Below are positions 53,915 through 64,000 of a stretch of DNA of 64,000 nt, piece after piece (the first letter of the stretch is position 1; every line of letters begins with the position of its first letter). The DNA is from Octopus vulgaris (Eukaryota), in the NCBI GenBank assembly GCA_951406725.2, contig OX597816.1:37448001-37512000 (forward strand), written 5' to 3'. Made by a program: the position numbers and the translations under genes. A model generated the notes under the pieces. It searched no databases and was not told the DNA's origin. It worked only from the letters and a program-made list of their open reading frames with translations.

Positions 53915-56400
53915 TTATTATGGGGATGATAGTAATCATGGAACACCCCTCCCACGTGATGCATGGTATGTGGCAGTCATTACAAATACCATGGCGTATG
54001 AAGTCGGGAGTGTCAGTCGTGTAGACAGTCATAGATAAATAGTCGTGTCCTATGTGTCTAACTAACTATACTGCTATACTGGAGAGGGCGTTTTAAAAGT
54101 CCGACAGAGTATTACAACAGTGGCGGGGGAATTAACAAACTCATGAGGATTGAACAAACTCACAGGGAGTTATGAAAATCACAAGAGTTTGTGCGCATTT
54201 TACGGTGTACAAAATCGTAAAATTATGGAAGTTAAGAGTTTGTGCAGATTTTTCAACAGAGTTGAATGATTGCTTAATCTCGCATAACTACTCATTGCTG
54301 AGTCCTGAGGAAGTGTTCACAAAATTGAATGGTGGGAAATTCTTCTCAAAGTTAGAGTTCTCGGATGTGTATTTACAAATCCAAGTAGAAGAAGAATGCT
54401 CACACTTATTATCCATTAATACACACCGTGGCTTATTTAAATTTAAGTGACTTCCCTTCGGTGTAAAAGTGGCTCCTTCAATATTTCAGCAAGTAATGGA
54501 TACAATGCTGGAAGACTGATTTTACTATCGCCTAATTAGACGATATCCTTATAAAAAGCGAATCCCACGAACAACATGATCAACACGTAACAAAGGGTAT
54601 TCAAAAAGGTAAGAGAATATGGCTTGAAGTTAAGTGAAGTAAAATGCGAGTTCTTTCTGGAAAAAAAATTTAATACTTGGGCCAGATAATAGATAAAAAC
54701 GGGTGGAAACTGGATCCAGCCTGAGCAACTGTGATAAACAATATGCTCACGCCAAATAATGTGACTATACTTCAAGGTTCTTGGGATTGGTAAATTACTA
54801 CCAAATTTACATTCCCAACATACATAATGTAAGGGCCCCGCTCAATGATCAATTAAATATAAATGCAAAATGGTGCTGGACTGATAAGTGCCAGAAGGCA
54901 TTTGACAAATCAAAAAAACATTTTAACATCGAACTTATCCTTAACATATTTTGATCCGAATTTGGATATTATATTGGCTAGAGATACGAGTGGCTACAGT
55001 GTAGTAGCAGTGTTCCTGTACAAACATGAGGATAGGAGTGAAGAGGATATAAGCCTATGTGTCACGATTGTTATTACCAGCTGAAAGGAACTAAAGTCAA
55101 ATAGAAAAGGAAGCGTTAGTAATCATATTAAGTGTAAAAAAGATTCCATAGATTTATTAATGGAAAAAGTTTGTCTACAAACGGACCATCGCCAACTACT
55201 GTCAATATACGGTTCTAAAATAGGAATACCAACACACACAGTGAAACGACTACAGCGATGGGGCACTACATTATTGAATTATGATTACAAAATGGAATAT
55301 TTACCGTCAAAAAACCTAGGGCATGTGGATGCTTTTTTCAGACTGATACTGAAACACGGTGAGCCATTCGAAGATGTGGTAATCACAGCAACAAGATCAA
55401 AAGGAGAAACAAAAAATGGAATGTGGAATGTGGTACGCGAATTACCGGTAACCCTTGAAAACTTAAAACGTAATGCGGAAAAGGAGAAATTCATAACAGA
55501 AATGCAAAGAACACTATGGACAGGAAATGTAAATAGGAACAGGATTGGTGCGAAACGAAACCAAGACGTGAACCTATACTCAATTTTTGATGGCGTGCTG
55601 ATGTATGCACAGAAAGTAGTAATACCTGAAACATTGCAAAGAAAATATTGGGGGAATTCCATGTTAGACTTCCAGGTATTTCGAGGATGAAAGCTTTAAT
55701 GTGTAGCTACGTGTGCTTGCCCAAAATGGATAGAGAGATCGAAAATTTAATGGTAAGTTGTAGAGGATGTGCTCTAGCGGCAAAATTCCTGGCGATAAAA
55801 AGTGAACCTTGGCCAAAGTAGATGTGTCGTGGTCGACACTACACATCGATTTCGCTGGTCCCTTAAACAGTTCATACTACTTAGTGGTAGTGGCTAGTTT
55901 CTCTAAACGACCAGAAATTTATGAGTGTAAAAAGTTGACCTCCTCAACTGCGACAAATCTTTTACATGGGCTGTGTGCGAGGTTTGGCGTCCCAGACGCG
56001 ATGGCGTCTAACAATGGACGCAATTTGAGTCTTTTGAGTTTTAAAGGTTTTGTAAAACTTTCGCTGTAGAACATGTAACTACGGCACCATACCATCCCAG
56101 ATCAAACGGACGAGCAAAACGCTTTGACGATACGTTCATGAGAGCCCTAAGAAAATTGAATAAGGAAGAGGTAGCTCTACAACAATTCTTAAGAGTATAT
56201 CGTGTGACACCAAATCAAAACACACCAGTGGGTATGTTACCAGCGGGTATGTCACCAGCGGAACTGATGTTTGCGGGGGAAATAAAATCAGTCTTCGACA
56301 AATTACTACCCGGTAAGAAAATAAAAATTGCAATGGATAATACGGCAAGATATTTCAAGACTGATGAAACTGTATTTGTTAGGTTATATATAATGTATTT
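53915..56400 (+). mobile_element. Ty3/Gypsy LTR retrotransposon remnant: possible LTR end and PBS, RT, RNase H, integrase; gag missing
   Basis: TTACAACA|GTGGCG at ~54112-54125. Motifs LRVCADFSTELN, FSKLE.SD.YLQ, INTHRGLF, LPFGV..APSIFQ, LDDILI, TDHRQL, RLQRW, HIDFAGP and PYHPRSNG. Many stops and frameshifts; left boundary approximate. Confidence 0.85.
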
Positions 56401-56466
56401 GTTAGGGCATATATAATGTATTTGTTACGGCAAAAATACTTCCCAACCACATGGTTCTGGATTCAG

Positions 56467-56925
56467 TCTCAAGTAGGTTGGGGCATGTTCCACAGTTTGG
56501 GCGCCCGCAATTTCTAACCGTTGGTTTTGTGGTTGTTTTTGTCAAGCTTCGCGATTTGTGTTTTGAAGGCTCAGATTTACTTTTCAAACAAGGAGAGAGG
56601 TTCACAATTAAATCCAACTTCACTTGTGCCTCTGAGAACCTAATTTATGTTATAACTTGCTCGGGTTGTGGACCACAGTATATTGGACAGACGAGTATGA
56701 CTTTGAGACAGAGAACCACTCTACATAAAGAGCAGATCCGGTTCCTGCAATACAGACAAATTCCTCTAAGTGGACTCCATAGAGAAATGTGCAGGTAACA
56801 TCAAACCAAATTTCACAGTCTTCCTCTTCTAAAGATATAATTTCTCTATAAGGACGTCTAACGTCTAAATAAAGAAACTTTTTCGTTGAAAAATACAGGA
56901 CGCATCCAAATATACACGCATAACC
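56467..56925 (+). pseudogene. Neptune-like PLE GIY-YIG fragment with an inverted 5' segment
   Basis: Plus: FTCASENLIYVITCSGCGPQYIGQTSMTLRQRTTLH. The upstream CGRPNCGTCPNLLE is on the minus strand at 56467-56562. Confidence 0.8.
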
Positions 56926-57109
56926 AACTTTGATCTATTTACATATCTTAATTCATGATTACATCAATGTACATACATCTAAACTATTTTTCGAATTTAT
57001 ATATAAATATATATATATATATACTCTTTTACTCTTTTACTCTTTTACTTGTTTCATATATATATAATATATACATATATTATATTAAATTAGAGATCTA
57101 TCTTTATAC

Positions 57110-57203
<94 letters not shown>

Positions 57204-57229
57204 TTAAATAAACATACATTCGTTTATTT

Positions 57230-57332
<103 letters not shown>

Positions 57333-58169
57333 CTTCAAATTTGCGTAAATTCAAATGCCAGAAATCTTCATTGTGATTTAAACTTTATATGATTGAATAT
57401 TATTAAAACAAAAAGTAACTGTTTTCTATTATTTGTGATTCTTTTCGACGTCTTATATTTCATGTAATTTCTTTCTTTTTCTCTTATATATTTTTAACCA
57501 ATTTTTCCTTATTAGTTTTCCTTGGTATTTTTTCTCCTACATTGCCATAAAACAGTCATAGTATGTTCTCAGACATTTGTTACATAAGAAGCAAATTACT
57601 ACTTATTTCCTCTGTTTACTAGCGAAGCAGAAGTAAACAGTATCTAACTCCTTATTTCGAATAAAGTACGAAAGTAAATGAAGCACAAAGCAAAAAACGT
57701 TTTCCTTTTTAGAAAAAAAAACTGTTAGTGAACACCTACTGGCGTTTTGTCTTTTGTAACAATGGGAAATAGAGTAGAGAATTTGAAAAGAAACGGTTAA
57801 AGCAATATTCTTTAATTTGTTTTCTCTTTGATCAGCTGAGAAGTAAAACAGTATCACAATGGCGGCTTTATTTAACCCGTTTTCTTTGAAGAAACGAAAG
57901 ACAAACTAATAATGTCTTAAATTTCAGACAATAATGAAAAGATTAGTTGAGAATTAAGACAAACAATAATGAAAAGATGGTTTAGAAGATATTGGAAACA
58001 TTGTTAAACAATACAAACTTCCCTAAGGGATTACTGTGCGCTGTTGATGAATGGAAAGGACTGCAAGAAAGAATATATGAATTCTTACAGGTGTGTGTGT
58101 GTTTGTGTGTGTGTTTGTGTGTCTGTGTGCGTGTGTGTAGCGCGCGTGTGTGTGTAAGTATATATATAT

Positions 58170-58396
58170 TTCTTTACTACCCACAAGGGGCTAAACATAC
58201 AGGGGACAAACAAGGACAGACAAAGGGATTAAATCGATTAAATTGACCGCAGTGCGTAACTGGTACTTAATTTATCGACCCCGAAAGAATGAAAGGCAAA
58301 GTCGACCTTGGCGGAATTTGAACTCAGAACGTAACGGCAGACGAAATACCGCTAAGCATTCGCCCGGCGTGCTAACGTTTCTGCCAGCTCGCCGCC
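58170..58396 (-). mobile_element. SINE family D
   Basis: Reverse complement of 36180-36407. Confidence 0.9.
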
Positions 58397-58593
58397 TTAG
58401 AGTAAGTATATATAGATACACATACATACATACATACATACATACATACATACATACATACATACATACATACATACATACATGGATAAATTGTCGCCAT
58501 TTAATATTTTTTATTTTGTGCATGTGCATTATTTGTTTTTGATTTTGTCAACTATACAGTAGAGTAGGGTCAGTTGGGTACCGTCTGTGAGAA

Positions 58594-59231
58594 ATCTCTT
58601 CAGTTATCTAGCCATCGGGAAAATGTTATGAAAAATTACCGTTATACAAAGGGAAATTACTGTGTGATTGACTGTGGTTTACTCTATGTATACCCCTTTA
58701 TCCCTTTTTTCTGAATTGTTACCCTTAGGCCTGTTTTTTCTTGTGCTTGTGCGTATATAGACGTGTGTATGAACTTTTATGGTGCGCGTGTGGGGAGTTG
58801 TATCTATATACATATACATTTGGCGAATGGTGAGAGCGGAGATATGTACGTTTTTCAAGTGAGAGTCGATGAATGTATACTTTTATGCACACGCAGGTGG
58901 GTATGCGGGCGTGCCTGTGTAGGTATGGACATGCTCGCTTACGCGAATACTATGAACTTACTTTTACTCCCTCCCCTTACTTAGTGGTCATTCAAATAGC
59001 TCTTTTGTCTTAATAACGGTCAATCACACAGTAATTTCCCTTTGTATAACGGTCATTTTTCAGAATATTTTTCCGATGGCCGGATAACTGAAGAGATGGT
59101 GGCGTGGATTTCCACCTCGGCATCAGAAACTCGAAGTTTTATCATGGTCACATATTACATTTACAGATAAATTTCTCTATTTACATAATATCGAGGTCTC
59201 TTTTTTTCTTTTGTTGTCTTACCATTTTTAT

Positions 59232-59238
<7 letters not shown>
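58594..59238 (+). mobile_element. Palindromic HHR family, copy 3, with a ~340-bp spacer (arms 58594-58675 / ~59017-59097); HHR at 59083-59143 (+)
   Basis: GATAA-CTGAAGA-GATGGTGGCGTGGATTTCCACCTCGGCATCA-GAAA-CTCGAAG-TT-TTATC. The 3' end ACCATTTTTATCAATA abuts (TA)n. Confidence 0.8.
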
Positions 59239-59271
<33 letters not shown>

Positions 59272-59352
59272 GCCATGATGGACCGTGAAGTCTGGCGTAG
59301 CATGGTAAATTCCATTGTCTCGACCACGGTCGAACAAGGATGATGATGATGA

Positions 59353-59424
<72 letters not shown>

Positions 59425-59476
59425 ATTTAGGAATGGTCATTTCAATACACGATTTCACATCAAAAATCTTGCAAAG

Positions 59477-59517
<41 letters not shown>

Positions 59518-59555
59518 GATCAAAATAAAAATAAAAACATGAGGCGAAGGATTCA

Positions 59556-59633
59556 GCGGTACATATGTTTCGGGCCTTTATTAGACAGATTTATAACAAA
59601 GCATAATGTATGTCTGTGGCCTTCTTCAGCCGC
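59556..59633 (-). ncRNA. Type I hammerhead ribozyme, sense to the PLE ORF at 61259-62703
   Basis: Minus: GCGG-CTGAAGA-AGGCC ACAGA...TCTGT...GGCCC-GAAA-CATATG-TA^-CCGC. Confidence 0.8.
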
Positions 59634-61258
59634 GCACAACAGCTTCCACAAGGACATGTGTTACATCAAAAATTCCTGGTTGGGGATGCAAATCCTCTCG
59701 TTCACGTACGACATAATGCGGCAGCAGCATAGAATTGAAGCGTCCATCTCTTTCTTCTCTCAATGTAGAATGAGGAAACTTGGATGTTGAGGTAATGTAA
59801 ATAAATAAATACGTATATAGAGGTGAAGATGGAGGGGCGAGAGTTCGGGACGAGGGATAAAAAATATATATAAAATATGTACGTATAGAATAATATAAAA
59901 ATGTAGAGGATAAAGATATAAAGAGTTGTAAGGAGATGTAAAGGGGGTATAAAGAAATATAAAGAAATATAAATAAATGTAAAGGCATAAGGTTGTAAAG
60001 TAAAAATAGAAATGGAAATAATAGTAAAAGAAGTAAAAGAACCTGATAAAAACATGATAAAAGTGTAAAAGAATGTAAAGATAAGGGATGTATAGAGGTC
60101 GCGGACCAAGCATGGTGGTCAGGAGATTGATAAAACTTAGTTGTAGAACTGTCAGTAAATTAACAGTTTCGTCGTAAATCAGAGCTGATGAGAATTTAAT
60201 CTGGTTCCTTGAATTAAATGGACTTCTAGTACATACATATCATCATGGATACATACACCCACATACACGCGTACATATACATATACGTCTCCAAGCCTAT
60301 AAGCATACACACGCACTCGCGTGTAAACACGTACATAAACACACACGCACCCACACGCACGCGCGCACCCACACATACATACAACAGAATATCCGCATAT
60401 ATAGACGGGCATTACGTGCGTACACGCTCACATGTATATACGCGCGCCCCTCACTACATACACATACGTATATGCCCACGCCTCTAGGTCTAGGTGTAAG
60501 GTATTAAAGGATGTGTATAAGAACGTATGTAAAGAATCCCGTACTCATGTTAATACGCGCACGCACACGCGGCTGTGTGTCCGTATGTGCGTGCACATAT
60601 ACACTCATATACACACACAGAGACACACGCGCACATGGGTATAGCCATAAGATATCGAAGTATGCATGTACATATACGCGCGTGCATATGTATGTATGCG
60701 CATACACACGTACGCGGACGCTCGCATACTCAAAAGGCGGATCCATAGGTAAGTAAATAAACATATATAGAGGTGTAAAGCGATAAATTAGGGGTAAGAA
60801 TGAGGGTAAGGGTAAATATTAGAAATAAAAAATACAGTATAAAATAAGAAATACAATGTAATAGTTAGAAATGAAATATAAGAATTATAAGGGTTATAAG
60901 AGTTAAGGTAAGGGATGAAAATGAAAATGAGAGTAAATGGAAGTAGAATAAAAGTAAAAATAAAATTAAAAATAAAAATAAAAGGAAGTAGGATAAAAGT
61001 AAAAATAAAAATAAAAATAAAATAAAAAAAAAATAAAAAAATAAGGTAAAAATATAATTTTGTAAAGTTTAACATGAGATGGAGGTGGCACACATATATA
61101 TATATATGTATATGTACACATACGTACACGTATGCGCACATACACACGCACACACACACACACACACATACACACGCACATATAGGAAAGCGGGATGTGC
61201 TGGAGCCGACAGGTTGCACCGGGTGGGAGGAAATAGCATGGGGGAGTTGGTATAAGAC

Positions 61259-62695
61259 CTAAGCATTGTAGTATTTGAAAGTATTAATAAGTTTATGTAT
61301 ACAGGATTGTTTGAACTCTGACCTTTTGTTAATAAGATTGTGTTTGTCTTTGAATTTCAAGATGTTCAGGAGTTCTACACAGCATAGTTGGCATCCTGCT
61401 CTATTATTTAAATAAGGTGCAGCTGATCCGATGATGGACCATCTGAGTTTGAAGCCTATGCATTTGTCTTTTAATTCCCAAATTCTTTTAGAGAGGGAGG
61501 TGCTGTTAGCCTTATGTCTATGTCTCAGCGAGGACCGGTGGTTGTAGTATCTGGATTTCCAGGAGGTTGAGCAACCAATATAGGTGAGTGTGTTAAACTG
61601 AGTACTCACCTCACATGAGTATATTACGTTTTTCGCCCTGCATGCGCCCTGCAGCGGGCACTCTGATGCACATCTGCAGTTGCATTGCATTGCATTATTC
61701 GGTCGTGTGCTGCTAATCCCAGGCGGAGGTGTTGCAATACGAGTGGGGGCGTTGGTATCCTCCTGGTTGTTGATGGGTGTAGTATTTCCTCTGTTGTGTT
61801 GGCGGGTGTTATTACTAACTGCTTGGGTAGTATGGCTGCCAGTCTGGTTATATTGCCTACTGTCTAGATGAGGGGGGTTCTGTTGGTCGCTATGGTTTGC
61901 TCTTGATCTAGCTGTTCTAATATTAATATAGTTATGTTTAGCTAGGAGGCAGCTCATGTTGGGCAGGCTAGAGTAGGAAATCCTAATAGTTTTGTTGGAG
62001 AAGATACTTCTATATTTGTGGGTGGGTGGGAAGTTGCTGGAAATTATAGAGAATATTCTCTTACATAACTTACCCCTAACTGCTAAGTTGAAAGGTATGT
62101 TGAACCATATATATTTGCGTAATCTACTATTATCCCTTCTATTTCCCCTAATAGGATCTATATTGCTCTCGTCGGGAGGGTTACTATTGTGTGCTGTTCT
62201 ATTAGTTCGCCTATTTCCTATACGTTGTTTGGAGTTTGAATTAGACTTATCGGTAGTGTGAGTTGAGTGCTGAGTTCGATTATAATTGGGAGTCTTATGG
62301 TCGACGGACGCTCCCGGGTGGTCTACATATGATATTCTCTGGTTATACCCGGCACTATAGAGAGCCTGGTTGTAGTGTTGTGCATGATTATTGAAAATTT
62401 CTCTATTAGAGGATAGTTTTGTCAGTCTGTCTGAGATGGCTTGGACTGTGGTGCTAATTATACAGGGTGGATGGTTGGAAGAGGTATGGATGTATTTGGT
62501 AGTTTCTTCTGGTTTCCTATACGGGTAGTGAAGGTGCTTATTCAAATCTAACGTAACATCTAAGAAGTTAACTATTTTAGTATTGGTCATAAATTCTAGT
62601 TTAAGATTGAAGGATTTGAAAAAAAGCCTGATCTTTTTCCTAATTCTTTCTAGTTTACTCCTATTGTTGGTGGGGTATATGAAGAGAGCGTCGTC

Positions 62696-62703
<8 letters not shown>
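61259..62703 (-). CDS. 5'-truncated Naiad-like PLE ORF (RT from YRDD, thumb, linker, GIY-YIG), uninterrupted
   Basis: YRDD, VNFLDVTLDL, PYRKP, SNHPP, IWFNIPF, RISYSSLPNM, CNCRCASECPLQGAC, VIY...YIG, TSLSKRIWELK, CQLCCVE and INKRSE...CIH. The N-terminal YIYI part of the called ORF is only (TA)n. Confidence 0.9.
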
Positions 62704-62761
<58 letters not shown>

Positions 62762-62849
62762 TAGAATAAAGATACAACATGGTCTGGTTTTCACGGTTTT
62801 TTTATTATTGTGTTTCAAAAAAGTTTTTGCAATGTTGAAATGTGTTAAC

Positions 62850-63007
62850 AAGGAGCGGCTGTGTGGTAAGTAGCTTGCTTACCAACCACATGGTTCCGGG
62901 TTCAGTCCCACTGCGTGACACCTTGGGCAGGTGTCTTCTACTTAGTCTCGGGCCGATCAAAGCCTTGTGAGTGGATATGGTATACGGAAACTGAAAGAAG
63001 CTCGCCG

Positions 63008-63073
<66 letters not shown>

Positions 63074-63305
63074 CGAGTGTGTGTGTGTGTACGTTTGTGT
63101 GTCTGTGTTTGTCCTCCCAACATCGCTTGACAACTGATGCTGGTGTGTTTACGTCCCCGTAACTTAGCGGTTCGGGAAAAGAGAGACCGATAGAATAAGT
63201 ACTAGGCTTACAAAGAATAAGTCCTGGGGTCGATTTGCTCGACTAAAAGCGGTGCTCCAGCATGGCCACAGTCAAATGACTGAAACAAGTAACAGAGTAA
63301 AAGAG
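62850..63305 (+). mobile_element. SINE family C
   Basis: Same head, internal TA/TG run and tail as 19632-19990. Confidence 0.9.
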
Positions 63306-64000
63306 TAATGGTCATAAAGTTCAATTAGTACTTTCATACATTCGTAGTAATCAGCAGATTTCAAAATGCATCGATTGACAGTTGAGTTGAGTTGAGTTCT
63401 TGACAACTGTAGTAAATTGATTGACTTCCTCCTTTTTATACCTTTTAAAAGGCTGGATTTTTCAAATGCAGTTTTGACCAATTAGCATGCAGCTTAAACG
63501 CCACGGTTTGTCGGACTCACCGATGTTACTGGCATAGTTCCCGCTTTCATTTTAACCAATTAGCTTGCGGTTTACATGTAATGGTTTTATGAGTGAGCAA
63601 ACTTAGTTGGTTTCGGTCGTTTTTATTTCAGTCGGAAATCTTCTGTAATTTGTTTATATTCATATCTTAAAGATATTTTTTAATCCACATCATTAACTGG
63701 CTGTTATATTATTATTGTTATTTCCATTCAGAACAGGTTTGAACATTTTAATGAAACGTTTTTCATATGATTTTTCTTGAAATAATGCAGTCATTATTCT
63801 TCATTAATTATTATTTAAATTTCCAGATATAAGATATAATTTCGGTAATGACTTGTAACTAGAAACTTGAAGAAGTAGACAGTAAGATATGCAATTGTTA
63901 AAAGAAAAACATGCAACTGTAAATAATGTGCAGGAAGACTTATAAATGCAGAAGACATTAAAAGCCTTGAGGTGAATACTTTGTTTTAAAAATGTCAAAT

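Noticed and set aside
60183-60215. CTGATGA on the plus strand (also at 15088)
   Set aside because: No matching GAAA, stem III or stem I found.

Overview
AT-rich, microsatellite-laden, repeat-saturated eukaryotic DNA. The SINE set and (TA)n/(TG)n/(AGAT)n density suggest a cephalopod, probably Octopus, intergenic or intronic region; that taxonomic call is inference. No host gene could be confidently identified. The window holds one near-full-length CR1-group LINE (Myb-like + CCCH ORF1, APE-RT ORF2, two 1-nt frameshifts), several Penelope-like element (PLE) remnants of at least three types (Naiad-like, Neptune-like, unassigned), and Gypsy, L1/Tx1, RTE, mariner/Tc1/DD37D and Chapaev3-like remnants. 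It also holds Helitron-type elements and four tRNA-headed SINE families. The most striking signal is about 20 hammerhead ribozyme (HHR) motifs, read by eye on both strands, from more than 10 unrelated PLE pseudo-LTR (pLTR) families. They sit mostly in inverted repeats or tandem units next to microsatellites. They include a family of ~230-bp non-coding palindromes with an HHR on each strand, a recurrent non-canonical CUGUGGA core, very long stem II variants and a possibly permuted (type II-like) motif. All structures were folded by eye and no cleavage activity has been shown.
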